From contig OX597820.1 of the NCBI GenBank assembly GCA_951406725.2, forward strand, positions 30,194,001 to 30,258,000: DNA of 64,000 nucleotides. Reading direction: 5' to 3'. Position 1 is the stretch's first letter, and every line of letters starts with the position of its first letter. The notes beneath the pieces are model-generated. The model was not told the DNA's origin and made no database searches. It saw only the letters and a program-made list of their open reading frames with translations. The DNA is from Octopus vulgaris. Taxonomy: Eukaryota. Position numbers and translations under genes: made by a program. Shown in pieces: positions 30,280-52,619 of the stretch.

Positions 30280-30480
30280 TTAAGCTCTGATCGAGCAGAC
30301 CTATGATCAAAGGCGTTTCAGCGGTGACCATCACTCCGTTTATTCCTTGAAAAATGTATTTTGGACTACATTAACCAATAGAACATTACCTCGTTTTTAT
30401 TAAAGCAGTGGGTGAGAGGTGTTGATTTGAGGACAATTTAGTTGCTATTTCTAGCGATCAAGGAACTGTGTAGAGGGTCA
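30280..30480 (-). mobile_element. Old unclassified SINE-like family (related copies near 7620, 8110, 25270, 29940, 36870, 37780, 50180 and 60990)
   Basis: Shared motifs GATCGAGCAGACCTATGATCAAAGGC and GATTTGAGG..ATTT.GCTGCTATTTCTAGC. Copies usually abut (GTT)n, which suggests an (AAC)n tail on the opposite strand. Confidence 0.6.
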
Positions 30481-30651
30481 CCCTCGGTAGCTCTACCCCT
30501 TCGGAGTTGAATAGTGATGTTAATCGCGTGTTAACTGAATATCTTGTAAAGCATATATACACTCGTGCATACCTACACCGCACATACACACACATCAGGT
30601 CACACACACGAATATATATATATATGATATGTGTGTGTGTGTGTGTGTGTG

Positions 30652-30875
30652 TAGGCAAGCTGGCAGAATCGTTAGCACGTCGGGCCAAATGCTTAGCGGC
30701 ATTTGTTCCGTCTTTACGTTCTGAGTTCAAATTCCGCCGAGGTTCACTTTGCCTTTCATCTTTTCTGAGTCGATAAAGTAAGTACCAGTTGAGGACTGGG
30801 GTCGATGTAATCGACTTACACTCTCTCTCAAGGCGGTGCTCCAGCATGACCGCAATGAGATGACCGAAACCAGTA
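30652..30875 (+). mobile_element. SINE family B head and core with the family-C tail
   Basis: Family-B head and core followed by AAGGCGGTGCTCCAGCATGACCGCAATGAGATGACCGAAACCAGTAA. Confidence 0.85.
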
Positions 30876-34440
<3,565 letters not shown>

Positions 34441-34705
34441 GATACATAAATATATATTTATATTAGAGATCGAAAAACTATGCCTATGTTTAGCATATCT
34501 GATAACTGTCGTCTGCTTTTTGAGACGGGTGTGTCTCTCACCATTAAAGTTGGACAACTCTAAATTGTAGTCACGTGAACAGCTGCTCTTAGTAACAACT
34601 ACAACAACAACAAAATGATAGTCAACCGGCATGAGAGCCTGCCCTTATGTGGAATTAGCGTTGTTGAAAGTGGCAGCCAACACCCCCACAAGAATTTTTT
34701 AATCG

Positions 34706-35258
34706 GCACATGCATAGCTGTGTGATTAAGAAGTTCGCTTTACAACGACGTAGTTTCCTGTTCGGTCCCACTGCGTGGTACCTTGGCCATGTGCCATCTG
34801 CTATAACCCCGGGCTGACCAATGCTTTGTGAGAGAATGTGGTAGACGGAAACTGTGCAGAAGCCCGTCGTTATATATGTATGTATAGGTACAGGCGTAGC
34901 TGCGTGGTGAGAAGTTACCTTCCCAATCACATGGTCCCGGGTTCAGTCCCACTGCGTAGCAGTCTCGGGCCGACCAAAGCCTTGTGAGTAGATTTGGTAG
35001 AAAAAACTTGAAAGAAGCCTGTCGAATATACGTAGGGGGGGAGCGCGTGTGTTTGTGTGTGTGTCTGCGTTTGTCGCCACTTGACAACCGGTGATAGTTT
35101 GTTTACGTCCCTGTAACTTGGCAGTAAAAGAGACCGAAAGAATAAGTGCCAGGCTTAAAAATGAGTACTGGGGATAATTCGTTCGACTGAAAACATTCTT
35201 AAAGACGGTGCTCCAGCATGGCCTCAGTCTTATGATTGAAACAAGTAAAAGATAAAGA
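34706..35258 (+). mobile_element. Two consecutive SINE family C copies (tRNA head plus CORE-like)
   Basis: The motif GCTG(T/C)GTG..AAGAAGTT..., GGTTCAGTCCCACTGCGT, CCTTGTGAGT.GA..TGGTAGA.GGAAACTG occurs at 34706 and 34892. The second copy carries the GCTCCAGCATGG...GAAACAAGTAAAAGA tail. Confidence 0.8.
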
Positions 35259-35769
35259 ATGTGCGCGTGTATGTGTGTGTGTGTATTCACGGATGCATGC
35301 ATTATGTATGTATATGTGTATGTATGCATGTATACTTGTGTGTGGAGAGGTGATGAATGTGTATGTGTGTGTCTATACATGGATGTATGCATGTATATGT
35401 GTGTGTGTGGAGGGGTGATGAGTGTGTATGTGTGTGTATACACGGATGCATGCAGTATGTATATGTGTATGTATGCATGTATATGTGTGTGTGTAGAGGG
35501 GTGATGAGTGTGTATGTGTGTGTGTGTGTCTTGTGTTTATTTTTGCCCCTACCCAACTCCACCCGCCATCGCTTGACAACCGGCGTTGTTTTATTTACGT
35601 CACCGTAAGCTAGAGGATCGGCAAAAGAATACCGATAGAATAAGTACTAGGTTTTTAAGAGAAAAATAACTTGAGATCGATTTGTTCGACTAAACCGTCT
35701 AGGCGGTTCCCCAGCATAGCTGCAGATCAATGACTGAAACAAGTAAAAGGTAAAAGATTAAAGATAAAC

Positions 35770-36312
35770 TATTGGGTTGGTGGTGGAGGCGCATGGGGCT
35801 TAGTGGTTAGGGTGTCAGCATCATGATCGTTAGATTGTGGTTTCGATTCCTGGACCGGGCGACGCGTTGTGTTCTTGAGCAAAACACTTCAGTTCACGTT
35901 GCTCCAGTCCACTCAGCTGGCAAAAATGAGTAATACTGCGATGGACTGGCGTCCCGTCCAGCTGGGGAACACATGCGCCATAGAAACCGGGAAACCGGAC
36001 CCATGAGCCTGGCTAGGCTTTAAAAGGGCGCATTTATTTTATTATATTGGGTTGGTGCTTAATTATTGCGGCTTTTTTTTTTTTTTCAACAAATTCTATT
36101 TAACCAACACAATAACAACATGTAACAAAAACATCTTTGAATGATTATTCCGGAGCATATTCACCATCTACTTCAGTTACTGCTTCCCATTTGCTTGGCA
36201 GACGGCGATCAGACCGTCATTTAAAGATGTTTTTTGTTAAATATTGTTATTGTTTTTGTTGAATAAAATTTGTTGGAAAAAGAAAAGCCGCAATAATTAT
36301 GCACCAACCCAA
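35770..36312. mobile_element. Mariner-derived MITE with long inverted arms, interrupted by a SINE in its left TIR
   Basis: Hsmar1-like TIRs TTGGGTTGGTGCTTAATTATTGCGGCTTTT and AAAAGCCGCAATAATTATGCACCAACCCAA. The minus strand encodes the transposase C-terminus RLPSKWEAVTEVDGEYAPE*. Confidence 0.85.
35783..36044 (+). mobile_element. SINE family A with 13-bp TSD
   Basis: TSD TATTGGGTTGGTG at 35770-35782 and 36045-36057. Confidence 0.92.
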
Positions 36313-36579
36313 ATGCTTTAATAATAGAGAATGACACGACACATTATAATGTGAAGTCGATAAAAATTTCGTCGGAACAGGAGGAATGGTTACGGCTGGA
36401 TCGGCATTGATCGTATTTTCTGCTTGATCAAAGAGTGGGTTAAACAACAACAACAGCAACCACAACTACTACTACTACAACTACAACTACTACTACTACT
36501 ACTACATTAGTAATAGCGATGGCACAATGTGAATAGATTAACAATAGAAGAATGTATGAAACTCATAGATATATTCTTT

Positions 36580-36790
36580 CTGCTTATAAGGCACAAGGCC
36601 TGAAATGTCGGGGGTGGGGATAAACCGATTACATCGACCCCTGTACTCAACTGGTACTTATTTTATCGACCTCGAAAGGATGACAGACAAAGTGGATCTC
36701 GGCGAAATTTGAACTCAGAATGTGAAGACGGGCGAAATGCTGCTAATTTTTTCGCCCGGTGTGCTAACGATTCTGCCATCTAACCGCGTT
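36580..36790 (-). mobile_element. SINE family B, alternative tail
   Basis: Reverse complement of the family-B head and core, with a GGCCTTGTGCC tail. Confidence 0.8.
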
Positions 36791-37665
36791 CGAACTGTTA
36801 TTAGCATAAATTATTCAGTTGTTTTTTTTACTGTTGTTGTTGCTGTTGTTGTTGTTGTTTGTTTGTTTGTTTAGCCCCAGGTCAACACTCATCCTGCTGG
36901 CCTGCGAACACAAGTTTTTAACAGTCCTGATTTGTTTTAAGAATCATGCATTTCATACAAGCATCGTTCAATCTCCTCGCTTTTTTTTTTTTTTAAGAAA
37001 AAAAGGTCGTTTGGATGAGATTTGACTGCTATTTCTACCAGTTCCATTATGATCTCTGTGCATTCATAACAACATTTATTAAGGTAGAGAGAAGACAAGG
37101 AGTATAATGTGCCACGCACAGACAGGTACAGTAGGGTGAAGGCTATGAAGAGGTATGCACTGAGCCGGTATATACTGTATGTAGGCTGTATGGTTAAGAA
37201 AGTTGGGTTCACAACTATGTGGTTTCGGGTTCTATCCTACAGTACGGCATCTTGGGCAAATGTCTTCCTCTATAACCCAGGGCTTACCAGTGCCTTGTGA
37301 GTGAATTTGGCAGAGGGGAAACTGTGTGGAAGACCGTCGCATGCGTCCTATGTGTGTGTGAGAGTGTGTGTGTGCGTGTCTTAGTGGTTGTCCCCCTATA
37401 CCACTTGACAACCGCTGTTGGTTTATTTCCTTCCTGTAACGTAGCGGTTCTGCAAAAGAAAACAAAGAATAGATAGAGAGAGAAGGAGGAGAGAGAGAGA
37501 GAGAGAAAGAAAGAGACATGACATTTTGGTGGCCAGTTATTTCCCTCCAACATTATCCAACATTTTCCAACAAATCCAGCATTAGCTTATTTGCGCAGGG
37601 ATCTTGAAATATACATACACACACACACTCACACACACACACACAAAATATATGTATTTATAATT

Positions 37666-37696
<31 letters not shown>

Positions 37697-37989
37697 GGTG
37701 TATGCAAAAAGCTTATAAGCCGCACACACAAACATATATTTCGTATTTTTACAGGACAGCGAAGGAGACCTTGTTTGGTTCCTTGGCTTCTTAGAAATAA
37801 CAACAAAATTGCAATTGGCAGGATGGTCAATGTATAAGGGCTTTTGATTATAGGTCTGACCTGGGGCTAAGCAGCGATCAATCTTCCCAATAGGTATCTT
37901 ATCTGCGCGTGCGCGCGTGTGTGTGTGTGCGTGCGCGTGTGAATTAACTCTCACTCTGTTGTAGCTATTTAGAATTATGGTCGACTCCT

Positions 37990-38830
37990 GAGTAAAGCAA
38001 TACTAGCATCGATTCATCAAAGATGGCTGTCGAGTGTAGACAGTGACCACAGACCCGTATCGCTTACGTCGCACTTTTTCAAAAGTTCTGAGGAAAGTTA
38101 CATCGAGAAAAAATAATAAATTATTGAGAAATTTATTTATCAATTATGTTGCACAGTGCACAGACATTTGCCCTGGAAAGAAACTACTTAAAAACATCGA
38201 CAAAATAATATCAAATTCTGAAGAAACTATTATTTACATAAATCTTCAGTTGAGTGCATATGTTTTTTGATCTCTCTGGGAGCTTTTATAAAAATCAACG
38301 AAGCATCTTATGTCACAGACGGATGGAAGTCGGCATACAATAAGATAAGCAATTTAGCTCATTGACTTCCCTAAAGGCTGAAGTCAAATTGCTGTCAACA
38401 ATGCTGCCCTACGCGACTTATCCGAGATTCCCAGACCGGGCGTTGTGAGTGTTTATTGAGCGAAAACACCTAAAGCTCCACGAGGCTCCGGCAGGGATGG
38501 TGGTGATCCCTGCTGTACCCTTTCACCACAACTTTCTCTCACTCTTACTTCCTGTTTCTGTTGTACCTGTATTTCAAAGGGCCGGCCTTGTCACTCTCTG
38601 TGTCACGCTGAATATCCCCGAGAACTACGTTCAGGGTACACGTGTCTGTGGAGTGCTCAGCCACTTACACGTTAATTTCACGAGCAGGCTGTTCCGTTGA
38701 TTCGGATCAACCGGAACCCTCGTCGTCGTAACCGACGGAGTGCTTCCATTATCCGAGAAATCTGCATAAGAGAGGGACCACAAGGTACTCTTCTGATTCC
38801 TACCTTAATTGACGTCTTCCTGTATATACG
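37990..38830 (+). mobile_element. Decayed CR1/Jockey-like LINE RT fragment interrupted by a SINE
   Basis: KAILASIHQ..SDHRPVSLTSH resembles NYRPISLTS, and EGPQGTLLIP resembles GVPQGTVLGP. Multiple stops and frameshifts. Confidence 0.65.
38428..38748 (+). mobile_element. 5'-truncated SINE family A with 10-bp TSD
   Basis: TSD TTATCCGAGA at 38418 and 38749. Same long 3' module as the 15704 copy. Confidence 0.9.
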
Positions 38831-39029
38831 TAGTGCAATAGATGAGCTGCTCAGAGACTAAAGGAACTGAAATTCTACTCTCCTAAGCAAAATCGTGAAA
38901 GAAATGTCATGATACAACCATGCATGCATATATATGAAAGATGCTTTTGATGGTCTATCGCAAACTTGTGTGATGCAGTAAACAGAACACGATATATGAT
39001 ATACAACCAATATATATATGATATACAAC

Positions 39030-39262
39030 AAGGCGGCGAGCTGGCAGAAACGTTAGCACGCCGGGCGAAATGCTTAGCGGTATTTCGTCTACGTTACGTT
39101 GTGAGTTCAAATTCCGCCGAGGTCGACTTTGCCTTTCATCCTTTCGGGGTCGATAAATTAAGTACCAGTTACGCACTGGGGTCGATGTAATCGACTTAAT
39201 ACCTATGTCTGTCCTTGTTTGTCCGCTCTGTGTTTAGCCCCTTGTGGGTAATAAAGAAATAG
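39030..39262 (+). mobile_element. SINE family B monomer
   Basis: Complete head, core and tail. Flanked by duplicated GATATATGATATACAACCAATATAT. Confidence 0.9.
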
Positions 39263-39302
39263 ATATATGATATACAACCAATATATGTATATGAGTGCGC
39301 GC

Positions 39303-39347
<45 letters not shown>

Positions 39348-39419
39348 TTTGTTTGTTTGTAAGAGAGAAAAAGAGAGAGAACGAGAGGGAGACAGAGACA
39401 GACAGACAAACAGAAAGCG

Positions 39420-39915
39420 AATGTCTGGGCATACTGGTGCAAGCCAGCGTGAATCGCTCGTGGCACTTATTGCCTAAAAAGTAACTTACTAAAGGGAAGT
39501 AACTCAATGGGTGAACCCAGACATTCGATAGACAATTGTTGACAAAATGAGCAGCAGACTTCGTATTGGAGTGAGCTGCACACTGGCGCGGATATTACCG
39601 AGTAATATCCAGCTAGTGTTGCCGCTGCATGACGGCAACCCATTACAAGCATCCATGATCATCCGTGTATCCCAAGAGACACGGAAGCTTTGCACTTCTA
39701 GCCCGGGTTTAAACAGCAGCACAACGCATGAGGGACAACCACATCCTGTTCCATGAAGATTGGGGGTTATTATCGAATCTCAGCAATTCCCCTTTCGGCT
39801 TCACTGGTTCTATTGAGAATGTTTGGTACCAGTATGGCTGCAGGAGTTGCCAGAATGGTGTCCAGTTAAACGGCAGATCGTCTTAGGGTCGTCTTCTTGT
39901 ATAGACTTTAGGATT
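39420..39915 (-). mobile_element. Possible RTE-type LINE 5' region remnant
   Basis: GC-richer unique block. Minus-strand CTGGCAACTCCTGCAGCCATACTGGTACCAAAC resembles RTE 5' UTR motifs from memory. No ORF. Confidence 0.3.
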
Positions 39916-40212
39916 TTCTCCTTTGTTTTGGGGGGTTTTTTTTCTCTCAATACAGTTAATTTATTTAACTATGTCTACGGATTCGTAACTTTGAACAAAA
40001 ATAAAACCCTACAAACAGGAAGTGATAGCTGGAGCTCGCCTCAGGAAATGTCGTCTTGCCCTGAGCCGGATTCAACGGCCACTATTCATAAGCTACAGTT
40101 GCAATAATACGCACACACAATCATACACACACACATGCGCAAATACACGCACGTATGCTTACACATATTTATATATGCATACATGTATATATATATATGC
40201 ATATATACATAT

Positions 40213-40281
<69 letters not shown>

Positions 40282-40318
40282 GTATGTATGTTCATATTTA
40301 TATCTGTACACATATACG

Positions 40319-40359
<41 letters not shown>

Positions 40360-40535
40360 TACACACCATAAACAGGCGAAGGCATGTCTGTGTGTTTAAG
40401 AAGCTCGCTTTGTTACATACAACCACGTGGCTTCGTGCTCTGTCAACTGCGTGGCACCTTGAACAAAATGTCTCGGTTTCTGAATCACCTTTTTGAAACT
40501 TTTAACAGATTAAAATCTTTAAAAAAATACACTCA

Positions 40536-41037
40536 TGTGGCTATGTGGTAAGTAGCTTGCTTACTAACCACATGATGGGCTTCTTTCAGTTTCCCTCTAC
40601 CAAATCCACTCACAAGGCTTCGGTCGGCCCGAGGCTATAGTAGAAGACACTTGCCCAAGGTGCCACGCAGTGGGACTGAACCTATGACCATGTGGTTGGT
40701 AAGCACTGCGTGGCACCTTGGGCAAGTGTCTTCTACTATAACCTCGGGCCGACCGAAGCCTTGTGAGTGGATTTGGTAGAGGGAAACTGAAAGAAGCCCA
40801 TCATATATATGTATATGTATATATATATGTATGTGTGTGTATATGTTTGTGTTTCTGTGTGTGTGTCCCCAACATCGCGTGAGAACCGATGCTGGTGTGT
40901 TTACGTCCCCGTAACTTAGCGGTGCGGCAAAAAGACCGATAGAATAAGAACTAGGCTTATAAGTAATAAGTCCTGGGGTCGATTTGCTCGACTGAAGGCG
41001 CAGTCAAATGACTGAAACAAGTAAAAGAGTAAAAGAG
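40536..41037 (+). mobile_element. SINE family C with an internal inverted duplication
   Basis: Head GTGGCTATGTGGTAAGTAGCTTGC. Arms 40572-40672 and 40704-40804 are reverse complements. Normal family-C 3' half and tail follow. Confidence 0.9.
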
Positions 41038-41067
41038 TATGCATTGAGCTGTGTTTCCTCACTTAGT

Positions 41068-41123
<56 letters not shown>

Positions 41124-41689
41124 ACACACTATCTCGCGCCCGCACGCGAAAGAGAGAGAGAGAAAGAATAAGAGCGGTTGATAGAACAAGTATATATGCT
41201 GTTGTTAGTTATTAATCGGCTGAAACTTATATTAGTGACTCGAAGACAGAGAGTTTCGTATATGCCATTGTGTGTGTGTGAGAGAGAAAGAGTGTGTGTG
41301 TATTCGTGTGCGTGTGCGTGTGTGTATACGTACAGTTTCACACTGGAGCCCTTATATACCTTTCTATGTATTACGTATTACAATTCATTCATAACTATTA
41401 ATGCCTATATGTATGATATATGCATGAATGCATTTATGTATGTATATTAAATACATGCTATGTATGATACATGAATGAATGTATTTATGTATGGTTATCA
41501 ATACATGTGAACGATTTCAAATAATCTACACACATATTCTCGCTAATATTCATGGCTATGTATCGTGTGTATATGTGCGTGTGTTTAATATATTTGACAA
41601 TGTATGTATGATTAATACGTAGTACATACATATATGTAGATATATTTTTTTTATGTATAGGTTTATACGTTTATACGTATGAATGTGTA

Positions 41690-48810
<7,121 letters not shown>

Positions 48811-48899
48811 CATTTCTCTAACACTCCTCACTTCCGGTCAGTTATTATTCAGCCATGTAACGACACAGGTGCTTTTCTTGGACTATTCTTTTCCGTCTC

Positions 48900-49132
48900 A
48901 AGGTGGTGAGCTGGTAGAAACGTTAGCACGCCGGGCGAAATGCGTAGCCGTATTTCGTCTGCCGTTACGTTCTGAGTTCAAATTCCGCCGTGGTTGACTT
49001 TGCCTTTCATCCTTTCGGGGTCGATAAATTACGTACCAGTTACGCACTGGGGTCGATGGAATCGACTTAATCGCTTTATCTGTCCTTGTTTGTCCCCTCT
49101 GTGTTTAGCCCCTTGTGGGTAGAAAAGAAATA
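48900..49132 (+). mobile_element. SINE family B monomer
   Basis: Head, core and TGTGGGTAGAAAAGAAATA tail. Confidence 0.9.
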
Positions 49133-49134
49133 TA

Positions 49135-49300
49135 TTCTTTTCCTTCTCTCTGGGCTTTTTCTCTCTTTCCTCTTTCTGACGAAGGATTTGCTCGAAACGT
49201 CACGCCCCACTCCCTTTTTTCCATCGTAAACATTCACTGTGTATATACTCTTAATTTTCGTTGTTTTTCCGTTTTATTTTTTGATTTGCCTATATAAACA
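49135..49300 (+). mobile_element. Penelope-like pseudo-LTR fragment with a minimal hammerhead core
   Basis: CTGACGA (49176)-AGGATTTGCTC-GAAAC-GTC (49201), followed by a T-rich tail as in the 1588 fragment. Confidence 0.55.
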
Positions 49301-49499
49301 TATATCTACACACACATACACAAGTTCCCGTCATTGGACACCGGTCATGCTAAGCATTACGATGAAATCTCCAACGAGTTAACACGGGGTATCTACACAC
49401 ACATCAAAATAAGCAACAGGATATCAAGCAGTGATACAGTACGACCGTTTCAAGCGACTCCATTTAATTCAACAATGCAATCATAAATATATGCATTAG

Positions 49500-49912
49500 G
49501 CCAATTTCAATGAGCAGGTCTTTATATTTTCTGAGCTTGTCAAATTCTTTCGCCGAGATATTATGATCACAGGGGATGCTCATGTCGATCAATAAGCAAA
49601 CTTTATTGTTTTGGTCATTCACAACAATATCCGGTTTATTGGCTTTGATGGTTCGGTCTGTATGTACTGGAAAGTCCCACAGAATCGTTACATTTTCTCC
49701 TTCAGTTACAACTTCAGGGTGGTGATTATACCACTTGTCGGCAGTTTTGATATTGTAATGCCAACTTATTAGCCAGTGTAGATATTGGCCAACTCTGTCA
49801 TATCTTAATTTATACTCCACTGGTGCTAAGACTTTACATCCAGAGATTAGGTGGTCCACTGTTTCAATCATGTCGTTGCAGAATCGGCATTTTAGTTCTG
49901 CTCCATTTTGAC
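49500..49912 (-). mobile_element. R4/Dong-like (RLE) non-LTR retrotransposon C-terminal fragment: CCHC knuckle plus restriction-like endonuclease
   Basis: Stop-free CRFCNDMIETVDHLISGC...YKLRYDRV..LHW...ILWDFPVHTDRTIKANKPDIVV..VCLLIDMSIP..AKEFDKLRKYKDL, containing the PD..D..K-KY motif. Confidence 0.9.
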
Positions 49913-49944
49913 ACGGCGCCCTTCTCCACTTCGACCTTCGACTA

Positions 49945-50136
49945 TTTGGCAGAATCGTTAGCGCGTCCGACAAAATGCTCCGCAGCATTTCTCCCAGCTC
50001 TTTACGTAGTGAGTTCAAATACCGCCTTAGTCAGCTTTGCCTTTCGTCCTTTCGAGGTTGATAAAATAAGTACCAGTCAAGTACTGGGGTAGATGAAATC
50101 ATTTAAACCCCTTGCCCAAATTTAAAACCATTATTA

Positions 50137-50138
<2 letters not shown>
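49945..50138 (+). mobile_element. Diverged SINE family B, alternative tail
   Basis: TGGCAGAATCGTTAGC head, core, and CCAAATTTAAAACCATTATTATT tail. Confidence 0.75.
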
Positions 50139-50182
<44 letters not shown>

Positions 50183-50402
50183 TGACACCAGGTCAAATCA
50201 AACCACAGTGGACCTGAACAGAGGCATTGTAGCTGTGACAATCAATTCTCTCTTGCATTTTTTTTCTTAGTTATATAACTTAAAATGTTCTTCCTCTTTT
50301 TACAATAGCAGTGTGTGTGATTTGAGGGAAAATTAGTTGCCATTTCCAATAGATTATTCGACTGCTTTAGAGGCTGTGTGTGTTTGTGTGTATGTATGTG
50401 TG

Positions 50403-50765
50403 ATTTTTTTTATTTCCCACAGGGGGGCAACATAGATAAGGGACAATACAATCTGATTGGGGTCAGATGGACGGATGGATATAACATAAAGATGACAATA
50501 AAAATTCACAAAAATATAAATAAATCGAATGATAGGACAGACCAGAAGACATTACGGATGGAGTGGGAAGGCGGGTTCAATCCGGACCCCACGAGCCACG
50601 CCTCGCCACTGATACCTGAGATACGTCCTGCGTCGCATTCATGGGGTTACATTCACTCGCAACATCCGTGCTACGTTCTTCCATCGATTTTCAAACATTT
50701 TCACAGTCAGGCATTTTCTTTCCAGTCCTATCTTCCTTTTAAGGTGAAATGTGAAATATCTATGT
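50403..50765 (-). mobile_element. 3' end of a LINE (tentatively L1/Tx1-like): ORF2 C-terminus, 3' UTR and A-rich end
   Basis: RYFTFHLKRKIGLERKCLTVKMFENRWKNVARMLRVNVTP*, then about 235 nt of UTR ending TGTGGGAAATAAAAAAAAT. Inserted in a (GT)n context. Confidence 0.6.
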
Positions 50766-50785
50766 ACACGTGTGTGTGTGTGTGT

Positions 50786-50817
<32 letters not shown>

Positions 50818-50862
50818 ACGTACGTGCGTGTATGCGAGTGTGTGTGTGTGTATGTGTGTGTG

Positions 50863-50968
<106 letters not shown>

Positions 50969-51728
50969 TGTGTGATTTCGCGCGCCTGCGTCTTCCTCTC
51001 TATTTCTCGTTAGCGGTTTTAGTATGTTTTGTGAAGTATGAATCTTCACTTCTGCTTTTAATGCTGGCAAATCGAGTTGAGATTTATTGTTTTATGTCAT
51101 CAGTGTTTTTACGTAGAAGGGAAGTGGTTGTGAATAAATTGGTAAAATGCCTGAGTTCAATGACCATATATGGTCTTCCTACGATTCTATCGCTTCCAAC
51201 TCTTTCTCCCGTTCTATATATATATTTATATTTTTTAATGCGTTTCAGTTAGCACTTCCAGATATTGTTTCAAGTATTGAGGATTTGAACATCAATATAT
51301 AGACTCAGACATGGCTAGCAGTGTAGTTAATAAGTTCGCTTTGCAACAACGCTACAGTCATGTCTGTGTCCGTAACCAGTAGGTGCAAGGTTCTATCCCA
51401 CTGCGCGGCGATATCTTGGGCAAGGGTTTTCTTTTTTAGCTTCAGGTTAACCAATACCTTTTGAATGAAATTTGGTGGCCGATAACTGTAAGAAAACTTA
51501 GGATCGACAACTATATTCATCCCGAAAGGAGCATGAGGAACCAAAAAATGAATGAAGCAATAAACGGTGATTCTGAGGCCCCTAGGGAGGCTCCCAGTCC
51601 CTACCGCAGTGTGTAGCGAGAAGTGGGGATTGTGTATGAGGCACGCTGATCTTCAACCACGAAGATAAGACTCTTCATTCGCTATACTACCCATTAGTTT
51701 GGATGGAATAGTGTTTGTTTACAATCGA

Positions 51729-52092
51729 AAGGCGGCGAGCTGGCAGAAGGGTTAGCACGCTGGACGAAATGCTTAGGGGTATTTCGTCTGCCGCTACGTT
51801 CTGAGTTCAAATTCCGCCGAGGTCGACTTTGCCTTTCATCCTTTCGGGGTCGATTAAATAAGTACCAGTTACGCACTGGCGTCGTCGATATAATCGACTT
51901 AGAAATAGGTATTTCGTCTGCCGTTACGTTCTGAGTTCAAATTCCGCCGAGGTCGACTTTGTCTTTCATCCTTTCGGGGTCGATAAATTAAGTACCGGTT
52001 ACGAACTTGGGTCGATGTAACCGACTTAACCCCTTTGTCTGTCCTTGTTTGTCCCCTCTATGTTTAGCCCCTTGTTGGCAATAAGGAAATAA
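51729..52092 (+). mobile_element. SINE family B dimer, first unit internally deleted
   Basis: Junction AGAAATAGGTATTTCG at 51901-51916. Confidence 0.88.
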
Positions 52093-52619
52093 TATTGTTC
52101 GTTTGTAATCGACTTAACTCCTCAGAACTTGCTGGCCTTGTGCCAAAATTTGAAACTAATATTAAATTACTACATTAATTGACGGCTTTTTAGCAGAATC
52201 GTTAGCAAAATGCTAAGCGGTATTTCTTCTGGTTCTAAGTTCAAATTCCGCCTTGATCAACTTTCGTCCTTTTTCGGCATCGATGAAATAGTACCAGTTG
52301 AGCACCGGGAGGCGATGTAATCGACTAGCCCCCACCTTCCCTTAAAATTTCGGGCCTTGGACCAATAGTAAAAAGAAAATTACTACATAATTGATTTAAA
52401 TATTCATTCGTTACTTTAACAAGGATGAGTAGAAAATTAATTTAAATTTGCGTCGCAATAACTTTATTTTAAAATTAAATTTGCTTTAAGAATATAAAAT
52501 GAGCCTTGAGACCATATGCTGCAGAGATCTTCTATTATAACTGAGTGGAACTATTTATGTGAATATATTAAATCTGTATATGCTTGTCAAAAAAAAATGG
52601 ATTGGCGTAGTTTTGCCAC

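Noticed and set aside
49913-50018. N-terminal part of the 184-aa ORF as part of the retrotransposon protein
   Set aside because: It is antisense read-through of a neighbouring SINE. The LINE homology starts near 49912.
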